DNA from: Spartobacteria bacterium | GTDB lineage: Bacteria; Verrucomicrobiota; Kiritimatiellia; RZYC01 | Length of the DNA stretch: 64,000 bases | Reading direction: 5' to 3' | NCBI GenBank assembly: GCA_009930475.1 | Contig: RZYC01000007.1 | Coordinates: 6,188 to 70,187 of the forward strand | Part shown: piece after piece, positions 50,262 to 60,921 of the stretch | Position numbering within the stretch: the first letter of the stretch is position 1 | Layout: each line of letters begins with the position of its first letter | The notes under the pieces: model-generated | The model's database searches: none | Told to the model about the DNA's origin: nothing | Seen by the model: only the letters and a program-made list of their open reading frames with translations | Position numbers and translations under genes: made by a program

Positions 50262-51365
50262 CTACAGTAATTGGTGGAAATAGCGGGCGTATTGATCGGT
50301 GATGACGGACCAGTCGTAGCGGGTGGCAACATAATCGTAAAGTCGCTGGCGATCGGATTCCGAAGGGGTAACGGTCAAGGCTTGTTGCAGGGCATCGATA
50401 AGTAGATCCGCATCTGCGGTATTCACCAAAAACCCTTCATTGCCTAGAATCCAGCGGGTCGTTCCATAATCGTGAACGACTGCAGGCAGACCTGAAGCCA
50501 GTGCTTCGATATAAACATTACCAAATGCTTCTTCCTGGCTCAGGTGTAAGAAAACATCGGCTGAACGATACAGCTGCGGCATGCGATCCTGTGTGACAGT
50601 AAACTGATGATAGCGACCCGGCATCAGCTGATCGGAACAGGCCTTGCATTCCGCATGCAGCGGACCGGCACCGGCGACAGCCAGATGAACATCAGGAAGG
50701 CGGGCCGTGCTGCGAATACCTTCCAGTACGTGCTTACTGGGAATGAGGGCACTTACCATGAGTATTAGCGGGACGTTCTCAGGCAGTCCAAAAGATGTGC
50801 GGTCGGGTTTAATGGATTCCGGAAAGAATCGAGAGGCCTCAATCCCATTGGGAATGACTTCACAGCACCATTGGTCTTTATTGCGCTCCTCATATTCAGG
50901 GTTGGTGCAAACCAGTGCATCGCAGTTAAACCAACGAAATTCGCTATTGGCAGCGACAGCTGGATAATCACTGTTTTCCGTTATGAACACGTGTTTTGGA
51001 CAACCATTTTTGCGACCACTGCGCAACATCCAGCTGGTGAAGGGGTAACTGCACGTACAGGTGATATCGTAGTCGGCGGGTTTGTATATTTTCCGCACTC
51101 CATACATCCATGTAAACTCTTCATAGCGCACATCTGAACGAAGCACCGGTATTTTAGGCCAGCGTTCAAAGCGTTCGCGCGGAATACATTTCGCCGACAG
51201 ATAGCGATACGGTCGTCCGGCCATTTCTGGACCGGAACCCATGACCGTCACATCAAAATCATCACGCTGTGCCAGTCCGGCAGCGATGGCTTCAAATGCC
51301 ACTTCTGCACCGCGATGAACACGATGCAATCCGGGCAAGGCAAAGAGGACACGTATTTTGCTCAT
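50262..51365 (-). CDS. Glycosyltransferase family 4 (GT-B)
   Basis: RGAE, VIPNGIE, VSALIPSKH, EAFGNVYIEALASGLP; start ATG 51365 overlaps the upstream stop. Confidence 0.92.
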   Translation of the reverse strand: MSKIRVLFALPGLHRVHRGAEVAFEAIAAGLAQRDDFDVTVMGSGPEMAGRPYRYLSAKCIPRERFERWPKIPVLRSDVRYEEFTWMYGVRKIYKPADYDITCTCSYPFTSWMLRSGRKNGCPKHVFITENSDYPAVAANSEFRWFNCDALVCTNPEYEERNKDQWCCEVIPNGIEASRFFPESIKPDRTSFGLPENVPLILMVSALIPSKHVLEGIRSTARLPDVHLAVAGAGPLHAECKACSDQLMPGRYHQFTVTQDRMPQLYRSADVFLHLSQEEAFGNVYIEALASGLPAVVHDYGTTRWILGNEGFLVNTADADLLIDALQQALTVTPSESDRQRLYDYVATRYDWSVITDQYARYFHQLL

Positions 51366-52333
51366 GATTTTCTCCCAAGCAACACAGAAAGTCCTCCGGC
51401 AATCTTGCCGTATTCCACCGAATCCCTGCGTCCAGTCAAACGCATCCACAATAAACGCAGAGCAAAAGCAAACAGATAGACCCCATGCACCCACCATTCT
51501 GCCAGCACACCATAGCATTTTCGCTGGACGAGAAAGCGCCCTTTCCATCGCAGCTCATCACGGCGGCGGTCATGCAGGCGCGAGGTATCCGAAGATCCTC
51601 CGCCAAAATGTGTGATGGCTACAGCTGGATCAAAATAAACCCGCCAACCCGCTTTATGGACACGATAACAAAATTCAATATCCTCGCCATAAAAGAAAAA
51701 AGTGGGATCCAGGCAACCCATTGCATCCAGCACCTCCCGACGAATCATCATAAAAGCCCCGCCAATCCACTCCACATCGCGGGGGCCCGCCTTACGATCC
51801 CATTTCCCATCTTCGATATCTGCCCAGTCAAACAGCTTTGGCCAAGCGTAGGCCCACCCCAGTGCCCTCACTGTTTCACGATCAGGACGCGGAAAGAGCC
51901 GAGCAATATTCTGTACCGAACCATCACGGTTATGCAGCATACAGCTCATAAGGCCCACGCCCGGCTGATCCTTCATGACCTTCACGCAGTATTTAAAACA
52001 ACCATCATCCACCAGCGTATCACTGTTCAACAGAAGTACAAACTCAGGCAGACGGTTCTGTTCACGCAACCAGTCCACACCATAGGCATTGCCTCCGGCA
52101 AATCCCAAATTAGTTTCCATGACTAAAAAGCTCAGCCACGCATTCCATTCAGAATGTTTCTCCATAGCCTCACGAATGCGCGGCACCGAATCGTCGCCCG
52201 ACGCATTGTCTATGAGCACGACATCAAAATGCGGATACTCCTCATACTGTCGAGCCAGCGAGACCAGACAGTCGATCGTCATATCCGGCGTGCGATAATT
52301 TAAAACAATTGTCGATACGTGATTTATAGTCAT
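51362..52333 (-). CDS. Glycosyltransferase family 2 (WbbL/rhamnosyltransferase-like)
   Basis: IVLNY, IDNASGD, NLGFAGGN, LLNSDT, WIGGAFMMIR, FFFYGEDIEFC. Confidence 0.92.
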   Translation of the reverse strand: MTINHVSTIVLNYRTPDMTIDCLVSLARQYEEYPHFDVVLIDNASGDDSVPRIREAMEKHSEWNAWLSFLVMETNLGFAGGNAYGVDWLREQNRLPEFVLLLNSDTLVDDGCFKYCVKVMKDQPGVGLMSCMLHNRDGSVQNIARLFPRPDRETVRALGWAYAWPKLFDWADIEDGKWDRKAGPRDVEWIGGAFMMIRREVLDAMGCLDPTFFFYGEDIEFCYRVHKAGWRVYFDPAVAITHFGGGSSDTSRLHDRRRDELRWKGRFLVQRKCYGVLAEWWVHGVYLFAFALRLLWMRLTGRRDSVEYGKIAGGLSVLLGRKS

Positions 52334-52343
52334 TGCGTCTCCA

Positions 52344-53726
52344 TCATTTAAGGAACAGCGCACCGAAAAATATTTTCAGCATTTCAAGGACACTGCGATA
52401 GCGTGTGAAATAGAGATTACTGACACGACGCGACGCCACATCCACAAAGGGCTTTCGGTCATCATAACTAATGGCGGCGGGGAAATAAGGCTTGAGCAGC
52501 AGGAATTCGCTATTTTCTTCCGGGTTGCGACAGGGACGATGTCCACACAACCACAGGGAACCACGAAGCACCAGCCAGAGGCGCGGAACAAGATTGAGCG
52601 AAAGAGCTAGAAACAGACTGTTCATCCAGCATTTCTGCACCGAGCACCAAACCGAAACCATCAGCGGACGCCCCCCTCTGCCATAGCAAGTATGCTGCGA
52701 CATATAACCGCGATCAGACCGCGTCAGCAGGGGATACAACACCGCAAAGGGAATGATCATCACCGTCAGTGTGATCAGAGCCATGATCCAGCCGAGCAGC
52801 ATGCGAACCACATCGCCGAAACGCAATCCGCCCTCCATTTCAGAAATGACCCACGGATCATGAATATCCAGTGCGGCCCCTGTTTCAGGCACAATAATGC
52901 GTCGACTGGTTACAATTTTCCCCGAAACCTCCAGATTGCGACCCACATACGTTCCATCCATGACCATACAGTCGCGCAACTCCGTTTGTGTATCGACCAC
53001 GACATGACTGCCAATAATAGCATGCGGCCCGATGCGCGTCAGAGGAGTCATTCGGCAGTCATCCCCAATAATCAGCGGGGCATTCAGTTCGGTCGAAGGC
53101 GGAATCACGACATTGGTGCCGATATATGCCTCATCCCGGTTCAGATAGCCGGGCTCCACATAATGGCGAATAGCCCCCCGAACCAGCTGCATATTAATCT
53201 GGAAATAATCATTAATACAGTCGATATGCACAGGCTGGAAACCCAACGCATCGGCAGCCGTTCCGCCGATCGGCCGGCCATGCATAAACGCGTCGATATC
53301 AGAGGCGTTACGACTGATAAACAAAACATGTTCATGATCCGTAGGCAGCCGAAATGTTTGATTCTCCGGCCAGGAACCAGGTTTCACGGCGGCATCGCGC
53401 ATAGGGAAAAAGCTGCCACCGACAAAAAGCAGACCATCCTGCCAGCGGGCTGGATTTCTCCGCAGTATCGCTAGCGGATTCGCATCGGGCTTCATGAAAA
53501 CATAATGAATATCCACTCCCCAGCGAGTTCCCGTGCCCATACGCTGTTCCACGCGATAGGCCCCTTCGCCCAGCACCAGCGTGACATCCGATATTCCAAG
53601 CTGCACACAATATTCCAGCCAGTATTCCAGCAGCGGACGATTTCCCGCCGGATGCAGCATGGACGGCGGATCACCCAGCAGATCGGCCCATGGTTCCACC
53701 AGGCCTGTATGAATCAATGCCTTCAT
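52344..53726 (-). CDS. Degenerate NDP-sugar pyrophosphorylase-like + left-handed beta-helix + partial sugar-transferase fusion
   Basis: P.GNRPLLEY...LGISDV (NTP_transferase-like, lacking GxGTR), hexapeptide repeats (IGTNVVI, IIGDDC, IGPHAIIGSHVVV), C-terminal PRLWLVLRGSLWLCGHRP (Bac_transf-like). Confidence 0.7.
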   Translation of the reverse strand: MKALIHTGLVEPWADLLGDPPSMLHPAGNRPLLEYWLEYCVQLGISDVTLVLGEGAYRVEQRMGTGTRWGVDIHYVFMKPDANPLAILRRNPARWQDGLLFVGGSFFPMRDAAVKPGSWPENQTFRLPTDHEHVLFISRNASDIDAFMHGRPIGGTAADALGFQPVHIDCINDYFQINMQLVRGAIRHYVEPGYLNRDEAYIGTNVVIPPSTELNAPLIIGDDCRMTPLTRIGPHAIIGSHVVVDTQTELRDCMVMDGTYVGRNLEVSGKIVTSRRIIVPETGAALDIHDPWVISEMEGGLRFGDVVRMLLGWIMALITLTVMIIPFAVLYPLLTRSDRGYMSQHTCYGRGGRPLMVSVWCSVQKCWMNSLFLALSLNLVPRLWLVLRGSLWLCGHRPCRNPEENSEFLLLKPYFPAAISYDDRKPFVDVASRRVSNLYFTRYRSVLEMLKIFFGALFLK

Positions 53727-54067
53727 GATTCAGCACTCATGGCCTCATCGACGGTATCAAATATTTCGAACATTTTGTATGCCTGAGTCACTTCAAAGAG
53801 GATACGCAAATTACTGGATAATCCAGCGATACGCACGTCACCATCACGCTCGGTAAACTGCTTCAGCATACCAATCAGTGCACCCAGACCGGAGCTGTCC
53901 ATAAAGTCCGTTTTCGCCACGTCCACCACCATGCGTGTTACCTGTTTATTCTGGTTGAACCAGCGAATAAACGCATCGCGAAAAGCATCTACATTCAGCG
54001 CGGTCAGCGATCCTTCAATCGTCGTCACACCGGCTCCGCCGTCCGCAGAAAAATCATATGTACTCAT
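53723..54067 (-). CDS. STAS-domain anti-sigma factor antagonist (SypA-like)
   Basis: VVDVAKTDFMDSSGLGALI, GDVRIA, FEIFDTVDEA. Confidence 0.92.
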   Translation of the reverse strand: MSTYDFSADGGAGVTTIEGSLTALNVDAFRDAFIRWFNQNKQVTRMVVDVAKTDFMDSSGLGALIGMLKQFTERDGDVRIAGLSSNLRILFEVTQAYKMFEIFDTVDEAMSAES

Positions 54068-54093
54068 CGTTTTATCTCCTTGATTATCATGAA

Positions 54094-54828
54094 TTAGTAT
54101 GCCCCTTTACCCAGCAGAACAGCCGGAACCGTCTGCAAAATAATCTTTATATCCGTCCAGACACTCTGACTATGAATGTATTTTAAATCCAGACGTACCT
54201 GATCTTTAAAAGGAATATCAGAACGCCCCTGCACCTGCCATAAACAGGTCAGGCCCGGTTTGACATGCAGTCGTTTGCGTTCATCCAGTGTATAAAGCGC
54301 CACTTCTTTAGGCAGCGGCGGACGCGGCCCCACCAATGCCAGATCCCCACTGAGCACATTGAGAAACTGCGGCATCTCATCAATGCTGTATCGCCTGATA
54401 AAGCGGCCCATTCTGGTCACACGCGGGTCTTTTTTCATCTTAAAAATGACCCCGTCACCGGATTCATTCTGCTCGCTCAGTTCCGCCTTCATTTTATCGG
54501 CATTTCGATACATGGATCGAAATTTATAAAAGCGAAACAAAACGCCGTTCAATCCGACGCGGTCCTGTGTATAAAATACCGGTCGGCCGTCCTCCAGCAT
54601 AATCAGCAATCCTACAACCAGAAATACCGGCGACAGCAACAATAATCCCACCAGGCTAGCCGCCACATCCATCATCCGCTTGATCGCGTACAAACTTTTC
54701 AGATTCACTTCCCACAACAGCAAGCGCCGGCGCTGACGACGCGCAAGCAGCCGGGCATCGGCTTTAGAAACCGGCATGTCCAATTCTTTAAACAGTTCCA
54801 TACGAACTTTATAAATCATTTCATTCAT
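54094..54828 (-). CDS. Priming polyprenyl-phosphate sugar transferase (Bac_transf)
   Basis: KRMMDV, FYKFRSM, DPRVTRMGRFIRRYSIDEMPQFLNVL.G..ALVGPRP, KPGLTCLWQV.GR, DLKYI. Confidence 0.95.
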   Translation of the reverse strand: MNEMIYKVRMELFKELDMPVSKADARLLARRQRRRLLLWEVNLKSLYAIKRMMDVAASLVGLLLLSPVFLVVGLLIMLEDGRPVFYTQDRVGLNGVLFRFYKFRSMYRNADKMKAELSEQNESGDGVIFKMKKDPRVTRMGRFIRRYSIDEMPQFLNVLSGDLALVGPRPPLPKEVALYTLDERKRLHVKPGLTCLWQVQGRSDIPFKDQVRLDLKYIHSQSVWTDIKIILQTVPAVLLGKGAY

Positions 54829-56452
54829 GCGACACGCACCCTTTCTCCAACCAGTCCAGATCCATCAGAAATACTGCGATATTCGTACGAGAACGGCGGA
54901 AAACAGACCGGGCACAGGTCAAATTGTGAATAATCGGCAATCCCCTGCCCGTTTCCGAGGATGCGGGAATTTGTGCAGCGTACTCCATTTTACTCAGGAA
55001 ATTCCATTCTCTTCCGCCATCAAAAAAACGTATCTTTAAGACAGACTGCCCCATCGTTGCTTCAAAGTCAAAAAAATCGGATGCCGTAAGCCCTGAATAT
55101 TTCACAATATTGACTGCATATTCCATCACAACCAACCGTACCATTGGCGCAGCCATCTGTACTCCATGCCATTGCATAACGGTATCAGCCATACGTGTAG
55201 CCAAGTTGTCCGCGCCCTCCAGCGTCACCGGAACATGCAGTTTCAGCTGATGGTTCGACTCTGGTTTATAACAGATCACCAGCGCACTGCTGTCGTCGTC
55301 CTTCAAATCATAACCAGCATCCTCCATGCGACGCAGTCCATCTTGCGCTTTCTGCAGCACCCGTTCATCCGCCAGAGCGGCGCCAAAAAACGGTGCCAGA
55401 AATTCCGGCGGACGCAACCGCTCGGGATCCGGTCCACGGCATTCAATCAATCCATCGGTATAAAACACCACACGATCCCCATCCCGCAGCATAACCCGTT
55501 CCACCGACGACTCCGTCAGAGCCATTTTATTGGCCGGAGCCCAGCCAACGGGGATACATCCGCGCGACAAATTCATCGTGCGAGGCACACCCTGAGCATC
55601 CATAATGAGCGGTTTCGGGTGGCCGCAATTCATCATATCCAGCGCACCGGTTTCAGGATCGAGAACAGCCATCAGCATGGTGGCATAGATCTCACTGTGC
55701 TTAATCAGGTGTAAAAATCGGTGTACGATCTCTTTACATACCACATGCAACCCTTGATCAGAGAAATTCCCGCCAACATCCTCCATGGCCACCTTCAGCA
55801 GCGAAGCGACCAGTGCCGGTCCCAAACCATGCCCCGCCACATCGCCAATATACAGAAACAAACGACCGTCCGGCAGCGAAAAGGCATCAAATACATCGCC
55901 ACCTACATGCTGATAGGAATGGTAATCAAAATAAATCTCAACATCATCCACAAAAAAGGGATCAGTGCACAGGATACTCTTCTGTACGGTTTCTGCCAGC
56001 AGCAGCTCCTTGGACAAACGCTGCTTCCAGCGCTCCAGCTGCTGTGTCAGTTCATCGCGTTCGGCACGAATACAATAAAACTCAATGGACTGCCGCAACG
56101 CGGCCTTTAATTCATCCGGCTTGTCCAGCGGCTTGGAAATATAACGAAAGACTTCATTGCGGTTAATCAGTTCCACCACCGCCGACATATCTGCATTACC
56201 GCTGAGCACCAGCCGGACGATATCCGGATAAATCTCACGCACCTGCGCCAGAAATTCCAGTCCGCTCATCCCGGGCATTTTCAAGTCCGATACCACCACA
56301 TGCACCGGCCTTTCCTTCAGCAGTTCCAGTGCCGCCGCACCGGAAGACGCAAAACATTTTGTAAATGGCTCGCGAATCAGACAGCGCTCGATGGATTTCA
56401 GCAGATGCGCTTCGTCATCGACAAACAGGACTGTAATATCTTCCCTTTTCAT
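54821..56452 (-). CDS. REC + PP2C phosphatase + RsbW-like serine kinase (SypE-like, permuted domain order)
   Basis: REC (FVDDE, SDLKMP, KP); PP2C (VGGDVFD, GDVAGHG, YTDGLIE, DDSS); HATPase_c_2 (EYAVNIVKY, DGG, ETGRGLPII). Confidence 0.9.
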   Translation of the reverse strand: MKREDITVLFVDDEAHLLKSIERCLIREPFTKCFASSGAAALELLKERPVHVVVSDLKMPGMSGLEFLAQVREIYPDIVRLVLSGNADMSAVVELINRNEVFRYISKPLDKPDELKAALRQSIEFYCIRAERDELTQQLERWKQRLSKELLLAETVQKSILCTDPFFVDDVEIYFDYHSYQHVGGDVFDAFSLPDGRLFLYIGDVAGHGLGPALVASLLKVAMEDVGGNFSDQGLHVVCKEIVHRFLHLIKHSEIYATMLMAVLDPETGALDMMNCGHPKPLIMDAQGVPRTMNLSRGCIPVGWAPANKMALTESSVERVMLRDGDRVVFYTDGLIECRGPDPERLRPPEFLAPFFGAALADERVLQKAQDGLRRMEDAGYDLKDDDSSALVICYKPESNHQLKLHVPVTLEGADNLATRMADTVMQWHGVQMAAPMVRLVVMEYAVNIVKYSGLTASDFFDFEATMGQSVLKIRFFDGGREWNFLSKMEYAAQIPASSETGRGLPIIHNLTCARSVFRRSRTNIAVFLMDLDWLEKGCVSHE

Positions 56453-58710
56453 GACATTCCATTCTCATCTAAAGCACGGGGCAGCGCGATGGTAAAGACG
56501 GCGCCTCCTCCCTCTGCATTTTTACATGTTAATTCCCCATGATGTTTATTCACAATAATATCATAGGAAATACTCAATCCCAGCCCCGTCCCTTTCCCTG
56601 GCTCCTTGGTGGTATAAAAAGGTTCAAACAGGCGTGATATATGCGCTGCATCAACACCACCGCCATTATCGGCTACCTGACAATAAACCCGCTCGGCATC
56701 ACACCACGTCCGAATCATAATGCGGCCTTCATCGGCGGTCATGCCCTTTCCTTCGATGGACTGGGCGGCATTGACAATGATATTCAGCAGCACCTGATTA
56801 ATCTGGCTGGGCATGCAGTACAGTTCAGGAAGCGTCCCTAGATTCTGTTCAATCTGTGCGAAATATTTATACGCGTTACGAGAAATCACCAACGTATCGA
56901 CAATGCCTTTATTGAGGTCATAAATCATCGTTTTCTGCGACGATTTATCACTGCGGGAAAAGTCACGCATGCTGTTGATAATATTAATGATGCGATCAAA
57001 TCCATCGCGGGTTTCAGTAAACAGCGTATCCAAATCATCAAGAATATATTCCAGAGCAATCCGTTTTTCTTCATCCCTGACAGCGATAATCAGCGGCGCA
57101 ATATCATCGCGGTTTTCCGCAGCGGTCACCAGTTCCCGGTATTTACTGATGAGATCACGAAATAAGGCCACGTCCTCTTTGAGCATGGCAAAATTGGTGG
57201 ATACAAAACTGACCGGATTGTTAATTTCATGGGCGAGACCTGCCGCCAGCTGCCCGATGGATGCCAATTTTTCCTGCAAATACAACTGAGCCTGCGTGCG
57301 CTTCAAGGCTTCCGTCCGTTCTTCCACGCGTTTTTCCAGCGTCGCATTCATCTCAATCAGTGCCTGCGCCCCTTCCTGATGTTTGACGGCATTGGTAATG
57401 ATGCTTGCCAGCAACTCCAAAGAGTTAATGTCATCTTCCTGCCAGTCTTTTTTATGGCGGACCGAATCGAAACCCATAAATCCGTCGAGACGCCCCGCCC
57501 ACATCATGGGCACCACCAGCAGCGACTGAATATCCTGTGACTGCAACAGCTCCCGCTCGGCTGCGGCTTCAGGCGGCAGCGCATTGATATCAGGCAGAAT
57601 AATGCGGCGGAAATCCTGCATCTGCCCGGCCCACCATGGCAACACCGACGAAGGCACGTTCTGAAGTTTTTCGATTTGGGGGACCACGCCCTCTGCACAC
57701 CATTCATAGGTGTTGGAACAGGCCGACAGGTCATCTGTATAATGAAAAATATACACACGATCGACATCCAGCAGTTCCCCCACATCGGCCAGCGAATAAT
57801 TGATGATCTGCTGGGCCGTATCGGCTTTTAAGTTAATGAACGCGGTGGCAATCATGGCAATGGTGGAGTCAATCTGCGCGTGATAATGCAGTTCGGCTTC
57901 GTAGCGTTTGCGATCGGTGACATCGCGCCCCACACCAACAAGACCGATCATACTGTCTTTGGTAGAGAAAAGCGGTGCTTTTATGGTATCAAGCAGAACG
58001 CTGCGGCCGTCGGGATAATTCACCCATTCTTCGCTATGCTTGAGCGTCAGCGAATCGAGCAGACGAAACGTGCGCGGCCCATTCCCGTTAAAAACCTCCC
58101 GATCACTGTGTCCGACGACCTCGTCTTCGGTCTTTCCGGCCAGCTCCTCAAAGGGGGCATTGCATCCCAGATAATTTCCCTGCATATCTTTAAAGAAGAC
58201 AATATCTGGAATCGAACGCAGCAATCCCTGTAAGAGCGACGATTTTCCAGCGAAAGCCTCTTCCTCGTCTTTCAGCGAAGTAATATCCATATGCGTGCCC
58301 ACCATGCGTAACGGATTTCCGTCGGCATCCCGCTGCACCACCTTGCCGCGATCTAAAATCCAGCACCATGTTCCTGACTGCGTACGACAGCGATGGGTGG
58401 ACTCATACACCTCGATTTCTCCGGCAAGATGCGCATGCACCTGTTCACGAGCCTGCTGCAAATCATCGGGATGAACCAGCTGCTCCCAGGAAGACAGGAC
58501 GGACGGTAACGACCCCGGCTCATAGCCCAGCATGGTAAACCATAAATCACTGAAGGCAACCCGGCCTGTGGGAATATCCCAGTCCCATACCCCGCATCCC
58601 GTGGCATCCATCGCCATGGTGAGCAATTCCATTTCCGCCATTTTTTTGAAAGGCAGATGCTTACAGGTCAGGCATGGATTGGCACCTTCCGGCAGGGATT
58701 TCTCAGCCAT
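56449..58710 (-). CDS. Cytoplasmic PAS-PAS-GAF sensor histidine kinase
   Basis: GVWDWD..., VHPDD, PAC; GAF GFMGFD; H-box LAHEINNP; N-box NIIVNAAQ; DNGGG; PFYTTK..GKGTGLGL. Confidence 0.95.
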   Translation of the reverse strand: MAEKSLPEGANPCLTCKHLPFKKMAEMELLTMAMDATGCGVWDWDIPTGRVAFSDLWFTMLGYEPGSLPSVLSSWEQLVHPDDLQQAREQVHAHLAGEIEVYESTHRCRTQSGTWCWILDRGKVVQRDADGNPLRMVGTHMDITSLKDEEEAFAGKSSLLQGLLRSIPDIVFFKDMQGNYLGCNAPFEELAGKTEDEVVGHSDREVFNGNGPRTFRLLDSLTLKHSEEWVNYPDGRSVLLDTIKAPLFSTKDSMIGLVGVGRDVTDRKRYEAELHYHAQIDSTIAMIATAFINLKADTAQQIINYSLADVGELLDVDRVYIFHYTDDLSACSNTYEWCAEGVVPQIEKLQNVPSSVLPWWAGQMQDFRRIILPDINALPPEAAAERELLQSQDIQSLLVVPMMWAGRLDGFMGFDSVRHKKDWQEDDINSLELLASIITNAVKHQEGAQALIEMNATLEKRVEERTEALKRTQAQLYLQEKLASIGQLAAGLAHEINNPVSFVSTNFAMLKEDVALFRDLISKYRELVTAAENRDDIAPLIIAVRDEEKRIALEYILDDLDTLFTETRDGFDRIINIINSMRDFSRSDKSSQKTMIYDLNKGIVDTLVISRNAYKYFAQIEQNLGTLPELYCMPSQINQVLLNIIVNAAQSIEGKGMTADEGRIMIRTWCDAERVYCQVADNGGGVDAAHISRLFEPFYTTKEPGKGTGLGLSISYDIIVNKHHGELTCKNAEGGGAVFTIALPRALDENGMS

Positions 58711-60880
58711 CGCGGGCCTCTTTCTTTGCGGGCGGCATGCGCCAGCCTGACCATATTCTTTTTAAACGATGGGTAATGCCCATATGAACACGGGAGAAGA
58801 TCGATAACATGCGGTGGAATCGCTGGAAATACCAGTCGCTGGAATGGTTTTGAGACATGTTTAAAATGGCGGTTAATGCGGATATTTTATTCGAAACCAG
58901 CTGATTGCAGGCGTCAACCAAATCGCGATACAGTGCCACATCTTCCCTCGCCACCAATAGCGCGGCATCGGCATGCTGCGCCAGAAAGCGTGTAAGATCG
59001 CTTTCCAGCAGCGGTGGCGCATCAAGAATGATGATGTCGTACTGTTCATCCAGCTGATTGAGTGCATCCGACAGTTTTTGGCGATGCGCCTTTTCCAGCG
59101 GCACCGCAAAATGAATCACATCAATCCGGCGTTCGGTATCCATCACGGCCGAGGTTAACAGGTTGTTCGGGGTCAGTGCCGCGTTCTCCTCCGAATGATC
59201 TGCCTTTAACAGAGCAATGCGATGAACATAGCGTGATAACAGCTGAGAAAGATTCAGTGCCACCGCAGAGGTGCCGCTCTTCGGATTCAATCCGGTCAGC
59301 AGAAAACGATGCGAATGGAATTGCTCGTAATCATAATTCAATCGCACGGCGATATCTTTGAACACGTTGTAAATCAAGGGATCGGATTCAGCTGTAATCT
59401 GTTCCAGCGGACCGTTGCTGATCGTAACGGGCAAGGGAATCCCGCCTCCCAGCGCCATCCGCATATCCCGTATGGAACGGAGCCGGTTGTCCATGAAATC
59501 GAAAAAGACAAACAAGCTCATCATTGCTCCGAAACTGAATACCAGCGCCATCAGTACAAATTGGGGACGTTTGGAGGAGGAGGGCATGGAAGGTGTATCT
59601 GCCAGATGCTGAATGCTCACCCGAACCGGAGCTTTGGATGCCATTTCACAATCATCGATCCGTACATTGAGTGCGGTCAATCGCTCACGCAGCTGATTGA
59701 TATCATACGTACTGTCAGCAGCACGAAAGATGGTGTATGACACTTCCGAAGCATCCTTCACCGCATTTTCAAGCTGTTCCCGCAGCTCATCCGTACCACT
59801 GACGGCCGCCTCATAGGCATGTTGCGCGAGAACCACCTTTTCATCCAGTTCATAGCGTCGTTTCTGAATCAGATTGGCAATGGTGGAGTCATTGACTTTC
59901 TGTTTGTATCCGATCAGATATTCCGTCATCGCTTTCATGCGCTGTTCGACATATACACGATCCGCATTATTGGTGGTTAAACCATCAATGGTCGTACGCA
60001 GCTGCTGAAGCTGTTCATAGGTCCACTGCTCGATGCGATTGATACCAAAGTTATCGGCAACCCTTTCGTCGGCAAATGGCTGAAGACTCATTTCTTCAAT
60101 AGCTTTGCGATCTTTCTTCATCTGGCTCAATTCAGATTCCTTGCGCACTTCATCTCTGTAAGCCTCCAGATAGAGCCGCTGAATCTGTTCCAGACGGGAA
60201 AGATGCGCCGTGTATCCTTCGTGCAGAAACGCCTTATTATCTACTTGTTCAGCCAGCTCCAGCAGCTGCTGCTGGGCGCGGTCGATGCGGGCGGCGATTT
60301 TGGTCCGCTCCGCTTTCAGATAGGTCATGCGGCGCTCATTCTGCCGCCCCTGTTCATTGTGCAGCTCGTCCAGTAATGACTGCATAATATTGTTGAGCAG
60401 TTCGGCAATGCCTTTGGGCGACGTGGATTTCAAAAAGACATCAATAAGATAGGTTCGCTGAATTTCAACCGTTCTTAAATGTTTCTGGATACGTATGACG
60501 TTGCCGAGTTCGTCGCTGTTCTTACGAAGGAAGTCCGGCCAGTTATCTTTATCCATGCGGCGCAGTGCATCTGTAATAACGGTTCGTCCACCGACACGCT
60601 GAACCAGCGTTCGTGTAAAATCTCCCAGATTCCCTGGTATGGTTTCCTTTTCCCGCCCTGTGAGAGTGGTTTCTTTTCCCGGATCAATCAGCAACTGGCC
60701 CGAAGCCATGTAGGACGGAATACTCTTCGGAATCACCACCGGCAGGATGGGAAGAATCAACGCAAATACCAGCATGCTCAATACAAAGATCAGCGGGCTC
60801 CGACGAAATACAAAACCCAGCAGATCAAAGGGTTTCTTTGCTTTCAATGGACCGGTAAAATGCGGGCGTTCCGAGGTCAT
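58703..60880 (-). CDS. Wzc/GumC-like polysaccharide co-polymerase with a degenerate tyrosine-kinase domain
   Basis: Two TMs flanking coiled-coil periplasmic domain; cytoplasmic P-loop remnant TGLNPKSGTSAVALNL, Walker B IILDAPP; no Tyr cluster. Confidence 0.85.
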   Translation of the reverse strand: MTSERPHFTGPLKAKKPFDLLGFVFRRSPLIFVLSMLVFALILPILPVVIPKSIPSYMASGQLLIDPGKETTLTGREKETIPGNLGDFTRTLVQRVGGRTVITDALRRMDKDNWPDFLRKNSDELGNVIRIQKHLRTVEIQRTYLIDVFLKSTSPKGIAELLNNIMQSLLDELHNEQGRQNERRMTYLKAERTKIAARIDRAQQQLLELAEQVDNKAFLHEGYTAHLSRLEQIQRLYLEAYRDEVRKESELSQMKKDRKAIEEMSLQPFADERVADNFGINRIEQWTYEQLQQLRTTIDGLTTNNADRVYVEQRMKAMTEYLIGYKQKVNDSTIANLIQKRRYELDEKVVLAQHAYEAAVSGTDELREQLENAVKDASEVSYTIFRAADSTYDINQLRERLTALNVRIDDCEMASKAPVRVSIQHLADTPSMPSSSKRPQFVLMALVFSFGAMMSLFVFFDFMDNRLRSIRDMRMALGGGIPLPVTISNGPLEQITAESDPLIYNVFKDIAVRLNYDYEQFHSHRFLLTGLNPKSGTSAVALNLSQLLSRYVHRIALLKADHSEENAALTPNNLLTSAVMDTERRIDVIHFAVPLEKAHRQKLSDALNQLDEQYDIIILDAPPLLESDLTRFLAQHADAALLVAREDVALYRDLVDACNQLVSNKISALTAILNMSQNHSSDWYFQRFHRMLSIFSRVHMGITHRLKRIWSGWRMPPAKKEARDG

Positions 60881-60921
60881 GCCGCCCTCTTCCTGATTCG
60901 TTTATCTCTGACACACGCAAC

